From Eledone cirrhosa (taxonomy: Eukaryota): a DNA stretch of 64,000 nucleotides. Below, piece by piece: positions 36,501 through 54,400 of this stretch (within the stretch, counting starts at the first letter, position 1; each line of letters begins with the position of its first letter). The notes below the pieces were generated by a model that saw only the letters and a program-made list of their open reading frames with translations, ran no database searches and was not told the DNA's origin. Made by a program: the position numbers and the translations under genes. The DNA is taken from the NCBI GenBank assembly GCA_964016885.1, contig CAXHJY010001441.1, positions 62,001-126,000 of the forward strand. Reading direction: 5' to 3'.

Positions 36501-38022
36501 GGACACACATACACATACAGACAGACACTCACACACATAGACACAAGTTACTCACATACACATACAGACGGACACTCACACACATAGACACAAGTGTCAC
36601 ACATACACATACAGACAGACACTCACACACAAAGACACAAGTGACACTCACACACATAGACACAAGTGGACACACATACACATACAGTGAGACACTCTCA
36701 CACATAGACACAAGTGGACACACATACACATACAGACAGACACTCACACACATAGACACAAGTGGACACACATACACATACAGACAGACACTCACACACA
36801 TAGACACAAGTGTCACACATACACATACAGTGAGACACTCACACACATAGACACAAGTGTCACACATACACATACAGTGAGACACTCACACACATAGACA
36901 CAAGTGTCACACATACACATACAGTGAGACACTCACACACATAGACACAAGTGTCACACATACACATACAGTGAGACACTCACACACATAGACACAAGTG
37001 TCACACATACACATACAGTGAGACACTCACACACATAGACACAAGTGGACACACATACACATACAGTGAGACACTCACACACATAGACACAAGCGTCACA
37101 CATACACATACAGTGAGACACTCACACACATAGACACAAGTGACACACATACACATACAGACAGACACTCTCACACATAGACACAAGTGGACACACATAC
37201 ACATACAGACAGACACTCACACACATAGACACAAGTGGACACACATACACATACAGACAGACACTCACACACATAGATACAAGTGACACACATACACATA
37301 CAGACAGACACTCACACACATAGACACAAGTGGACACACATACACATACAGTGAGACACTCACACACATAGACACAAGTGGACACACATACACATACAGT
37401 GAGACACTCACACACATAGACACAAGTGGACACACATACACATACAGTGAGACACTCACACACATAGACACAAGTGGACACACACATACAGTGAGACACT
37501 CACACACATAGACACAAGTGGACACACATACACATACAGTGAGACACTCACACACATAGACACAAGTGGTCACACATACACATACAGACAGACACTCACA
37601 CACATAGACACAAGTGGACACACATACACATACATTGAGACACTCACACACATAGACACAAGTGTTACACATACACATACAGTGAGGCACTCACACACAT
37701 AGACACAAGTTGACACACATACACATACAGACAGACACTCACACACATAGACACAAGTGGACACACATACACATACAGTGAGACACTCACACACATAGAC
37801 ACAAGTGGACACACATACACATACAGAGAGACACTCACGCACATAGACACAAGTGGACACACATACACATACAGTGAGACACTCTCACACATAGACACAA
37901 GTGGACACACATACACATACAGACAGACACTCACACACATAGACACAAGTGGACACACATACACATACAGACAGACACTCACACACATAGACACAAGTGT
38001 CACACATACACATACAGTGAGG
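30585..38022 (+). repeat. Older, diverged duplication at ~5.95-5.98 kb offset (about 31390-32045 vs 37367-38022; about 30585-30660 vs 36535-36610)
   Basis: Shared rare monomers: 44-bp monomer 31489/37466; AAGTGTTAC plus GAGGCAC near 31688/37665; CAGAGAGAC near 31850/37827; CAGACGGAC 30616/36569. Several private substitutions separate the copies. Confidence 0.8.
36633..36657 (+). repeat. Truncated 25-bp half monomer (22-bp internal deletion)
   Basis: The sequence AGACACAAGTGACACTCACACACAT joins AAGTGACAC directly to TCACACAC, deleting the stretch between the two GACAC motifs of a 47-bp monomer. Confidence 0.9.
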
Positions 38023-38752
38023 CACTCACACACATAGACACAAGTGTCACACATACACATACAGTGAGACACTCACACACATAGACACAAGTGGACACAC
38101 ATACACATACAGTGAGACACTCACACACATAGACACAAGTGGACACACATACACATACAGTGAGACACTCTCACACATAGACACAAGTGGACACACATAC
38201 ACATACAGACAGACACTCTCACACATAGACACAAGTGGACACACATACACATACAGACAGACACTCACACACATAGACACAAGTGACACACATACACATA
38301 CAGACAGACACTCACACACATAGACACAAGTGGACACACATACACATACAGTGAGACACTCACACACATAGACACAAGTGTCACACATACACATACAGTG
38401 AGACACTCACACACATAGACACAAGTGGACACACATACACATACAGTGAGACACTCACACACATTGACACAAGTGGACACACATACACATACAGTGAGAC
38501 ACTCACACACATAGACACAAGTGGACACACATACACATACAGTGAGACACTCACACACATAGACACAAGTGGACACACATACACATACAGTGAGACACTC
38601 ACACACATAGACACAAGTGGACACACATACACATACAGACAGACACTCACACACATAGACACAAGTGGACACACATACACATACAGTGAGACACTCACAC
38701 ACATAGACACAAGTGGAGACACATACACATACAGACAGACACTCACACACAC

Positions 38753-39403
38753 AGACACCAGTGGACACACATACACATACAGTGAGACACTCACACACAT
38801 AGACACAAGTGACACACATACACATACAGTGAGACACTCACACACATAGACACAAGTGTCACACATACACATACAGACAGACACTCACACACATAGACAG
38901 AAGTGACACACATACACATACAGTGAGACACTCACACACATAGACACAAGTGGACACACATACACATACAGACAGACACTCACACACATAGACACAAGTG
39001 TCACACATACACATACAGTGAGACACTCACACACATAGACACAAGTGGACACACATACACATACAGTGAGGCACTCACACACATAGACACAAGTGGACAC
39101 ACATACACATACAGACAGACACTCACACACATAGACACCAGTGGACACACATACACATACAGTGAGACACTCACACACATAGACACAAGTGACACACATA
39201 CACATACAGTGAGACACTCACACACATAGACACAAGTGTCACACATACACATACAGACAGACACTCACACACATAGACAGAAGTGACACACATACACATA
39301 CAGTGAGACACTCACACACATAGACACAAGTGGACACACATACACATACAGACAGACACTCACACACATAGACACAAGTGTCACACATACACATACAGTG
39401 AGA
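38753..39403 (+). repeat. Short 380-bp-offset (8-monomer) duplication spanning the junction of the two giant copies (38753-39023 vs 39133-39403)
   Basis: The rare GACACCAGTG and GACAGAAGTGAC monomers recur 380 bp apart; ORF coordinates 38885/39265. Confidence 0.8.
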
Positions 39404-42400
39404 TACTCACACACATATACACAAGTGACACACATACACATACATACAGACACTCACACACATAGACACAAGTGACACACATACACATACAGTGTGACAC
39501 TCACACACATAGACACAAGTGGACACACATACACATACAGTGAGACACTCACACACATAGACACAAGTGGACACACATACACATACAGTGAGACACTCAC
39601 ACACATAGACACAACTGACACACATACACATACAGTGAGATACTCACACACATAGACACAAGTGGAGACACATACACATACAGTGAGACACTCACACACA
39701 TAGACACAAGTGTCACACATACACATACAGTGAGACACTCACACACATAGACACAAGTGTCACACATACACATACAGACAGACACTCACACACATAGACA
39801 CAAGTGTCACACATACACATACAGACAGACACTCACACACATAGACAGAAGTGGACACACATACACATACAGTGAGATACTCACACACATAGACACAAGT
39901 GTCACACATACACATACAGACAGACACTCACACACATAGACACAAGTGTCACACATACACATACAGACAGACACTCACACACATAGACAGAAGTGGACAC
40001 ACTTACACATACAGACAGACACTCACACACATAGACACAAGTGACACACATACACATACAGTGAGACACTCACACACATAGACACAAGTGGACACACATA
40101 CACATACAGTGAGACACTCACACACATAGACACAAGTGTCACACATACACATACAGTGAGACACTCACACACATAGACACAAGTGGACACATACACATAC
40201 AGTGAGATACTCACACACATATACACAAGTGACACACATACACATACATACAGACACTCACACACATAGACACAAGTGACACACATACACATACAGTGTG
40301 ACACTCACACACATAGACACAAGTGGACACACATACACATACAGTGAGACACTCACACACATAGACACAAGTGGACACACATACACATACAGACAGACAC
40401 TCACACACATAGACACAAGTGTCACACATACACATACAGTGAGACACTCACACACATAGACACAAGTGACACACATACACATACAGTGAGACACTCACAC
40501 ACATAGACACAAGTGGACACACATACACATACAGTGAGACACTCACACACATAGACACAAGTGACACACATACACATACAGTGAGATACTCACACACATA
40601 GACACAAGTGGAGACACATACACATACAGTGAGACACTCACACACATAGACACAAGTGGACACACATACACATACAGTGAGACGCTCACACACATAGACA
40701 CAAGTGGACACACATACACATACAGTGAGACACTCACACACATAGACACAAGTGGACACACATACACATACAGTGAGACACTCACACACATAGACACAAG
40801 TGGACACACATACACATACAGTGAGACACTCTCACACATAGACACAAGTGGACATACATACACATACAGTGAGACACTCACACACATAGACACAAGTGTC
40901 ACACATACACATACAGTGAGACACTCACACACATAGACACAAGTGTCACACATACACATACAGTGAGACACTTACACACATAGACACAAGTGGACACACA
41001 TACACATACAGTGAGACACTCACACACATAGACACAAGTGGACACACATACACAGACAGTGAGATACTCACACACATAGACACAAGTGTCACACATACAC
41101 ATACAGACAGACACTCACACACATAGACACAAGTGTCACACATACACATACAGACAGACACTCACACACATAGACAGAAGTGGACACACTTACACATACA
41201 GACAGACACTCACACACAAAGACACAAGTGGACACACATACACATACAGTGAGACACTCACACACAAAGACACAAGTGGACACACATACACATACAGTGA
41301 GACACTCACACACATAGACACAAGTGGACACACATACACATACAGTGAGACACTCACACACAAAGACACAAGTGGACACACATACACATACAGTGAGACA
41401 CTCACACACAAAGACACAAGTGGACACACATACACATACAGACAGACACTCACACACATAGACACAAGTGGACACACATACACATACAGTGAGACACTCA
41501 CACACATAGACACAAGTGACACACATACACATACAGTGAGATACTCACACACATAGACACAAGTGGAGACACATACACATACAGACAGACACTCACACAC
41601 ATAGACAGAAGTGGACACACTTACACATACAGTGAGACACTCACACACATAGACACAAGTGTCACACATACACATACAGACAGACACTCACACACATAGA
41701 CAGAAGTGGACACACTTACACATACAGACAGACACTCACACACAAAGACACAAGTGGACACACATACACATACAGACAGACACTCACACACATAGACACA
41801 AGTGGACACACATACACATACAGTGAGACACTCACACACAAAGACACAAGTGGACACACATACACATACAGACAGACACTCACACACATAGACACAAGTG
41901 GACACACATACACATACAGTGAGACACTCACACACAAAGACACAAGTGTCACACATACACATACAGTGAGACACTCACACACATAGACACAAGTGGACAC
42001 ACATACACATACAGTGAGACACTCACACACATAGACACAAGTGACACACATACACATACAGTGAGACACTCACACACATAGACACAAGTGGACACACATA
42101 CACATACAGTGAGACACTCACACACAAAGACACAAGTGGACACACATACAAATACAGACAGACACTCACACACATAGACACAAGTGTCACACATACACAT
42201 ACAGTGAGACACTCACACACATAGACACAAGTGGACACACATACACATACAGTGAGACACTCACACACATAGACACAAGTGGACACACATACACATACAG
42301 ACAGACACGCACACACATAGACACAAGTGGACACACATACACATACAGTGAGACACTCACACACATAGACACAAGTGGACACACATACACATACAGACAG

Positions 42401-45400
42401 ACACTCACACACATAGACACAAGTGTCACACATACACATACAGTGAGACACTCACACACAAAGACACAAGTGAACACACATACAAATACAGACAGACACT
42501 CTCACACATAGACACAAGTGACACACATACACATACAGTGAGACACTCACACACATAGACACAAGTGTCACACATACACATACAGTGAGACACTCACACA
42601 CATAGACACAAGTGGACACACATACACATACAGACAGACACTCACACACAAAGACACAAGTGTCACACATACACATACAGTGAGACACTCACACACAGAG
42701 ACACAAGTGACACACATACACATACAGTGAGACACTCACACACATAGACACAAGTGTCACACATACACATACAGTGAGATACTCACACACATAGACACAA
42801 GTGGACACACATACACATACAGTGAGACACTCACACACATAGACACAAGTGACACACATACACATACAGTGAGACACTCACACACATAGACACAAGTGTC
42901 ACACATACACATACAGTGAGACACTCACACACATAGACACAAGTGACACACATACACATACAGACAGACACTCTCACACATAGACACAAGTGGACACACA
43001 TACACATACAGTGAGATACTCACACTAATAGACACAAGTGGACACACATACACATACAGTGAGACACTCACACACATAGACACAAGTGACACACATACAC
43101 ATACAGTGAGACACTCACACACATAGACACAAGTGTCACACATACACATACAGTGAGACACTCACACACATAGACACAAGTGACACACATACACATACAG
43201 ACAGACACTCACACACATAGACACAAGTGTCACACATACACATACAGTGAGACACTCACACACATAGACACAAGTGACACACATACACATACAGTGAGAC
43301 ACTCACACACATAGACACAAGTGACACACATACACATACAGACAGACACTCACACACATAGACACAAGTGGACACACATACACATACAGACAGACACTCA
43401 CACACATAGACACAAGTGTCACACATACACATACAGTGAGACACTCACACACATAGACACAAGTGACACACATACACATACAGTGAGACACTCACACACA
43501 TAGACACAAGTGGACACACATACACATACAGTGAGACACTCACACACATAGACACAGGTGACACACATACACATACAGTGAGACACTCACACACATAGAC
43601 ACAAGTGGACACATACACATACAGTGAGACACTCACACACATATACACAAGTGACACACATACACATACATACAGACACTCACACACATAGACACAAGTG
43701 ACACACATACACATACAGTGTGACACTCACACACATAGACACAAGTGGACACACATACACATACAGTGAGACACTCACACACATAGACACAAGTGGACAC
43801 ACATACACATACAGTGAGACACTCACACACATAGACACAAGTGACACACATACACATACAGTGAGATACTCACACACATAGACACAAGTGGAGACACATA
43901 CACATACAGTGAGACACTCACACACATAGACACAAGTGTCACACATACACATACAGTGAGACACTCACACACATAGACACAAGTGTCACACATACACATA
44001 CAGTGAGACACTCACACACATAGACACAAGTGACACACATACACATACAGTGAGACACTCACACACATAGACACAAGTGGACACACATACACATACAGTG
44101 AGATACTCACACACAGAGACACAAGTGGACACACATACACATACAGTGAGACACTCACACACATAGACACAAGTGGACACACATACACATACAGTGAGAC
44201 ACTCACACACATAGACACAAGTGGACACACATACACATACAGTGAGACACTCACACACATAGACACAAGTGGACACACATACACATACAGTGAGATACTC
44301 ACACACATAGACACAAGTGTCACACATACACATACAGACAGACACTCACACACATAGACACAAGTGTCACACATACACATACAGACAGACACTCACACAC
44401 ATAGAGAGAAGTGGACACACTTACACATACAGACAGACACTCACACACAAAGACACAAGTGGACACACATACACATACAGTGAGACACTCACACACAAAG
44501 ACACAAGTGGACACACATACACATACAGTGAGACACTCACACACATAGACACAATTGGACACACATACACATACAGTGAGACACTCACACACAAAGACAC
44601 AATTGGACACACATACACATACAGTGAGACACTCACTCACAAAGACACAAGTGGACACACATACACATACAGACAGACACTCACACACATAGACACAAGT
44701 GGACACACATACACATACAGTGAGACACTCACACACATAGACACAAGTGACACACATACACATACAGTGAGATACTCACACACATAGACACAAGTGGAGA
44801 CACATACACATACAGACAGACACTCACACACACAGACAGAAGTGGACACACTTACACATACAGTGAGACACTCACACACATAGACACAAGTGTCACACAT
44901 ACACATACAGACAGACACTCACACACATAGACAGAAGTGGACACACTTACACATACAGTGAGACACTCACACACAAAGACACAAGTGGACACACATACAC
45001 ATACAGTGAGACACTCACACACAAAGACACAAGTGGACACACATACACATACAGACAGACACTCTCACACATAGACACAAGTGACACACATACACATACA
45101 GTGAGACACTCACACACATAGACACAAGTGTCACACATACACATACAGTGAGACACTCACACACATAGACACAAGTGGACACACATACACATACAGACAG
45201 ACACTCACACACAAAGACACAAGTGTCACACATACACATACAGTGAGACACTCACACACATAGACACAAGTGTCACACATACACATACAGTGAAACACTC
45301 ACACACAGAGACACAAGTGACACACATACACATACAGTGAGACACTAACACACATAGACACAAGTGTCACACATACACATACAGTGAGATACTCACACAC

Positions 45401-48400
45401 ATAGACACAAGTGGACACACATACACATACAGTGTGACACTCACACACATAGACACAAGTGGACACACATACACATACAGTGAGACACTCACACACATAG
45501 ACACAAGTGTCACACATACACATACAGTGAGACACTCACACACATAGACACAAGTGGATACACATACACATACAATGAGATACTCACACACATAGACACA
45601 AGTGGACACAGATACACATACAGACAGACACTCACACACATAGACACAAGTGGACACACATACACATACAGTGAGACACTCTCACACATAGACACAAGTG
45701 GACAGACATACACATACAGTGAGACACTCACACACATAGACACAAGTGACACACATACACATACAGTGAGACACTCACACACATAGACAGAAGTGGACAC
45801 ACATACACATACAGTGAGACACTCACACACATAGACACAAGTGACACACATACACATACAGTGAGGCACTCACACACATAGACAGAAGTGGACACACATA
45901 CACATACAGTGAGACACTCACACACATAGACAGAAGTGGACACACATACACATACAGTGAGACGCTCACACACATAGACACAAGTGACACACATACACAT
46001 ACAGTGAGACACTCACACACATAGACAGAAGTGGACACACATACACATACAGTGAGACACTCACACACATAGACAGAAGTGGACACACATACACATACAG
46101 TGAGACGCTCACACACATAGACACAAGTGACACACATACACATACAGTGAGACACTCACACACATAGACACAAGTGACACACATACACATACAGACAGAC
46201 ACTCACACACATAGACACAAGTGGACACACATACACATACAGACAGACACTCACACACATAGACACAAGTGTCACACATACACATACAGTGAGACACTCA
46301 CACACATATACACAAGTGACACACATACACATACATACAGACACTCACACACATAGACACAAGTGACACACTTACACATACAGTGTGACACTCACACACA
46401 TAGACACAAGTGGACACACATACACATACAGTGAGACACTCACACATAGACACAAGTGGACACACATACACATACAGTGAGACACTCACACACATAGACA
46501 CAAGTGGACACACATACACATACAGTGAGACACTCACACACATAGACACAAGTGGACACACATACACATACAGTGAGACACTCACACACATAGACACAAG
46601 TGACACACATACACATACAGTGAGATACTCACACACATAGACACAAGTGGAGACACATACACATACAGTGAGACACTCACACACATAGACACAAGTGTCA
46701 CACATACACATACAGTGAGACACTCACACACATAGACACAAGTGTCACACATACACATACAGTGAGACACTCACACACATAGACACAAGTGGATACACAT
46801 ACACATACAGTGAGACACTCACACACATAGACACAAGTGGACACACATACACATACAGTGAGATACTCACACACATACACACAAGTGTCACACATACACA
46901 TACAGACAGACACTCACACACATAGACACAAGTGGACACACATACACATACAGTGAGACACTCACACACATAGACACAAGTGTCACACATACACATACAG
47001 TGAGACACTCACACACATAGACACAAGTGACACACATACACATACAGTGAGACACTCACACACATAGACACAAGTGGACACACATACACATACAGTGAGA
47101 CACTCACACACATAGACACAAGTGTCACACATACACATACAGTGAGACACTCACACACATAGACACAAGTGGACACATACACATACAGTGAGATACTCAC
47201 ACACATATACACAAGTGACACACATACACATACATACAGACACTCACACACATAGACACAAGTGACACACATGGCCATACAGTGTGACACTCACACACAT
47301 AGACACAAGTGGACACACATACACATACAGTGAGACACTCACACACATAGACACAAGTGGACACACATACACATACAGTGAGACACTCACACACATAGAC
47401 ACAAGTGACACACATACACATACAGTGAGATACTCACACACATAGACACAAGTGGAGACACATACACATACAGTGAGACACTGACACACATAGACACAAG
47501 TGTCACACATACACATACAGTGAGACACTCACACACATAGACACAAGTGTCACACATACACATACAGTGAGACACTCACACACATAGACACAAGTGGACA
47601 CACATACACATACAGTGAGACACTCACACACATAGACACGAGTGGACACACATACACATACAGTGAGATACTCACACACATAGACACAAGTGTCACACAT
47701 ACACATACAGACAGACACTCACACACATAGACACAAGTGTCACACATACACATACAGACAGACACTCACACACATAGACACAAGTGGACACACATACACA
47801 TACAGTGAGACACTCACACACATAGACACAAGTGTCACACATACACATACAGACAGACACTCACACACATAGACAGAAGTGGACACACTTACACATACAG
47901 ACAGACACTCACACACAAAGACACAAGTGACACACATACACATACAGTGAGATACTCACACACATAGACACAAGTGGACACACATACACATACAGTGAGA
48001 CACTCACACACATAGACACAAGTGGACACACATACACATACAGTGAGACACTCTCACACATAGACACAAGTGGACACACATACACATACAGTGAGACACT
48101 CACACACATAGACACAAGTGGACACACATACACATACAGACAGACACTCACACACATAGACACAAGTGGACACACATACACATACAGACAGACACTAACA
48201 CACAAAGACACAAGTGGACACACATACACATACAGACAGACACTCACACACATAGACACAAGTGGACACACATACACATACAGACAGACACTCACACACA
48301 TAGACACAAGTGTCACACATACACATACAGTGAGACACTCACACACAAAGACACAAGTGGACACACATACACATACAGTGAGACACTCACACACATAGAC

Positions 48401-51400
48401 ACAAGTGACACACATACACATACAGTGAGACACTCACACACATAGACACAAGTGGACACACATACACATACAGACAGACACTCACACACATAGACACAAG
48501 TGTCACACATACACATACAGTGAGACACTCACACACATAGACACAAGTGACACACATACACATACAGTGAGACACTCACACACATAGACACAAGTGGACA
48601 CACATACACATACAGTGAGACACTCACACACATAGACACAAGTGACACACATACACATACAGTGAGATACTCACACACATAGACACAAGTGGAGACACAT
48701 ACACATACAGTGAGACACTCACACACATAGACACAAGTGTCACACATACACATACAGTGAGACACTCACACACATAGACACAAGTGTCACACATACACAT
48801 ACAGTGAGACACTTACACACATAGACACAACTGGACACACATACACATACAGTGAGACACTCACACACATAGACACAAGTGGACACACATACACATACAG
48901 TGAGATACTCACACACATAGACACAAGTGTCACACATACACATACAGACAGACACTCACACACATAGACACAAGTGTCACACATACACATACAGACAGAC
49001 ACTCACACACATAGACAGAAGTGGACACACTTACACATACAGTGAGACACTCACACACAAAGACACAAGTGGACACACATACACATACAGTGAGACACTC
49101 ACACACATAGACACAAGTGGACACACATACACATACAGTGAGACACTCACACACAAAGACACAAGTGGACACACATACACATACAGTGAGACACTCACAC
49201 ACAAAGACACAAGTGGACACACATACACATACAGACAGACACTCACACACATAGACACAAGTGGACACACATACACATACAGTGAGACACTCACACACAT
49301 AGACACAAGTGACACACATACACATACACTGAGATACTCACACACATAGACACAAGTGGAGACACATACACATACAGACAGACACTCACACACATAGACA
49401 GAAGTGGACACACTTACACATACAGTGAGACACTCACACACATAGACACAAGTGTCACACATACACATACAGACAGACACTCACACACATAGACAGAAGT
49501 GGACACACTTCCAAATACAGACAGACACTCACACACATAGACACAAGTGGAGACACATACACATACAGACAGACACTCACACACATAGACAGAAGTGGAC
49601 ACACTTACACATACAGTGAGACACTCACACACATAGACACATGTGTCACACATACACATACAGACAGACACTCACACACATAGACAGAAGTGGACACACT
49701 TCCAAATACAGACAGACACTAACACACAAAGACACAAGTGGACACCCATACACATACAGACAGACACTCACACACATAGACACAAGTGTCACACATACAC
49801 ATACAGTGAGACACTCACACACATAGACACAAGTGACACACATACACATACAGTGAGACACTCACACACATAGACACAAGTGGACACACATACACATACA
49901 GTGAGACACTCACACACATAGACACAAGTGTCACACATACACATACAGTGAGACACTCACACACATAGACACAAGTGGACACATACACATACAGTGAGAT
50001 ACTCACACACATATACACAAGTGACACACATACACATACATACAGACACTCACACACATAGACACAAGTGACACACATGGCCATACAGTGTGACACTCAC
50101 ACACATAGACACAAGTGGACACACATACACATACAGTGAGACACTCACACACATAGACACAAGTGGACACACATACACATACAGTGAGACACTCACACAC
50201 ATAGACACAAGTGACACACATACACATACAGTGAGATACTCACACACATAGACACAAGTGGAGACACATACACATACAGTGAGACACTGACACACATAGA
50301 CACAAGTGTCACACATACACATACAGTGAGACACTCACACACATAGACACAAGTGTCACACATACACATACAGTGAGACACTCACACACATAGACACAAG
50401 TGGACACACATACACATACAGTGAGACACTCACACACATAGACACAAGTGGACACACATACACATACAGTGAGATACTCACACACATAGACACAAGTGTC
50501 ACACATACACATACAGACAGACACTCACACACATAGACACAAGTGTCACACATACACATACAGACAGACACTCACACACATAGACACAAGTGGACACACA
50601 TACACATACAGTGAGACACTCACACACATAGACACAAGTGTCACACATACACATACAGACAGACACTCACACACATAGACAGAAGTGGACACACTTACAC
50701 ATACATACAGACACTCACACACAAAGACACAAGTGACACACATACACATACAGTGAGATACTCACACACATAGACACAAGTGGACACACATACACATACA
50801 GTGAGACACTCACACACATAGACACAAGTGGACACACATACACATACAGTGAGACACTCTCACACATAGACACAAGTGGACACACATACACATACAGTGA
50901 GACACTCACACACATAGACACAAGTGGACACACATACACATACAGACAGACACTCACACACATAGACACAAGTGGACACACATACACATACAGACAGACA
51001 CTAACACACAAAGACACAAGTGGACACACATACACATACAGACAGACACTCACACACATAGACACAAGTGGACACACATACACATACAGACAGACACTCA
51101 CACACATAGACACAAGTGTCACACATACACATACAGTGAGACACTCACACACAAAGACACAAGTGGACACACATACACATACAGTGAGACACTCACACAC
51201 ATAGACACAAGTGACACACATACACATACAGTGAGACACTCACACACATAGACACAAGTGGACACACATACACATACAGACAGACACTCACACACATAGA
51301 CACAAGTGTCACACATACACATACAGTGAGACACTCACACACATAGACACAAGTGACACACATACACATACAGTGAGACACTCACACACATAGACACAAG

Positions 51401-54400
51401 TGGACACACATACACATACAGTGAGACACTCACACACATAGACACAAGTGACACACATACACATACAGTGAGATACTCACACACATAGACACAAGTGGAG
51501 ACACATACACATACAGTGAGACACTCACACACATAGACACAAGTGTCACACATACACATACAGTGAGACACTCACACACATAGACACAAGTGTCACACAT
51601 ACACATACAGTGAGACACTTACACACATAGACACAACTGGACACACATACACATACAGTGAGACACTCACACACATAGACACAAGTGGACACACATACAC
51701 ATACAGTGAGATACTCACACACATAGACACAAGTGTCACACATACACATACAGACAGACACTCACACACATAGACACAAGTGTCACACATACACATACAG
51801 ACAGACACTCACACACATAGACAGAAGTGGACACACTTACACATACAGTGAGACACTCACACACAAAGACACAAGTGGACACACATACACATACAGTGAG
51901 ACACTCACACACATAGACACAAGTGGACATACATACACATACAGACAGACACTCACACACATAGACACAAGTGTCACACATACACATACAGACAGACACT
52001 CACACACATAGACACAAGTGGACACACTTACACATACAGTGAGACACTCACACACAAAGACACAAGTGGACACACATACACATACAGTGAGACACTCACA
52101 CACATAGACACAAGTGGACACACATACACATACAGTGAGACACTCACACACAAAGACACAAGTGGACACACATACACATACAGTGAGACACTCACACACA
52201 AAGACACAAGTGGACACACATACACATACAGACAGACACTCACACACATAGACACAAGTGGACACACATACACATACAGTGAGACACTCACACACATAGA
52301 CACAAGTGACACACATACACATACAGTGAGATACTCACACACATAGACACAAGTGGAGACACATACACATACAGTGAGACACTCACACACATAGACACAA
52401 GTGTCACACATACACATACAGTGAGACACTCACACACATAGACACAAGTGTCACACATACACATACAGTGAGACACTCACACACATAGACACAAGTGGAC
52501 ACACATACACATACAGTGAGACACTCACACACATAGACACAAGTGGACACACATACACATACAGTGAGATACTCACACACATAGACAGAAGTGGACACAC
52601 ATACACATACAGAGAGACACTCACACACATAGACACAAGTGACACACATACACATACAGTGAGACACTCACACACAAAGACACAAGTGTCACACATACAC
52701 ATACAGACAGACACTCACACACATAGACACAAGTGTCACACATACACATACAGACAGACACTCACACACATAGACAGAAGTGGACACACATACACATACA
52801 GTGAGACACTCACACACATAGACACAAGTGGACACACATACACATACAGACAGACACTCACACACATAGACACAAGTGGACACACATACACATACAGTGA
52901 GACACTCACACACATAGACACAAGTGTCACACATACACATACAGACAGACACTCACACACATAGACAGAAGTGGACACACATACACATACAGTGAGACAC
53001 TCACACACATAGACACAAGTGGACACACATACACATACAGACAGACACTCACACACAAAGACACAAGTGGACACACATACACATACAGTGAGACACTCAC
53101 ACACAAAGACACAAGTGGACACACATACACATACAGTGAGACACTCATACACATAGACACAAGTGGACACACATACACATACAGTGAGACACTCACACAC
53201 AAAGACACAAGTGGACACACATACACATACATACAGACACTCACACACATAGACACAAGTGGACACACATACACATACAGTGAGACACTCACACACATAG
53301 ACACAAGTGACACACATACACATACAGTGAGATACTCACACACATAGACACAAGTGGACACACATACACATACAGTGAGACACTCACACACATAGACACA
53401 AGTGGAGACACATACACATACAGACAGACACTCACACACACAGACAGAAGTGGACACACTTACACATACAGTGAGACACTCACACACATAGTCACAAGTG
53501 TCACACATACACATACAGACAGACACTCACACACATAGACAGAAGTGGACACACTTACACATACAGTGAGACACTCACACACAAAGACACAAGTGGACAC
53601 ACATACACATACAGTGAGACACTCACACACAAAGACACAAGTGGACACACATACACATACAGACAGACACTCACACACATAGACACAAGTGACACACATA
53701 CACATACAGAGAGACACTCACACACATAGACACAAGTTGACACACATACAAATACAGACAGACACTCACACACATAGACACAAGTGGACACACATACACA
53801 TACAGTGAGACACTCACACACATAGACACAAGTGGACACACATACACATACAGTGAGACACTTACACACAAAGACACAAGTGGACACACATACAAATACA
53901 GACAGACACTCACACACATAGACACAAGTGGACACACATACACATACAGTGAGACACTCACACACAAAGACACAAGTGGACACACATACAAATACAGACA
54001 GACACTCACACACATAGACACAAGTGGACACACATACACATACAGTGAGACACTCACACACATAGACACAAGTGGACACACATACACATACAGTGAGACA
54101 CTCACACACAAAGACACAAGTGGACACACATACAAATACAGACAGACACTCTCACACATAGACACAAGTGACACACATACACATACAGTGAGACACTCAC
54201 ACACATAGACACAAGTGTCACACATACACATACAGTGAGACACTCACACACATAGACACAAGTGGACACACATACACATACAGTGAGACACTCACACACA
54301 AAGACACAAGTGGACACACATACAAATACAGACAGACACTCACACACATAGACACAAGTGGACACACATACACATACAGTGAGACACTCACACACAAAGA

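Larger units (their letters stand above)
1963..39001 (+). repeat. Giant higher-order unit, copy 1 (37,039 bp)
   Basis: The ORF track repeats at a constant +37,039 offset (2226/39265, 4047/41086, 9970/47009, 16516/53555, 23836/60875, 25484/62523). Rare markers coincide: ATGGCCAT 10232/47271, TTCCAAAT 12470/49509, CACATAGACTC 24101/61140. Identity breaks at 1962(a)/39001(t). Confidence 0.93.
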
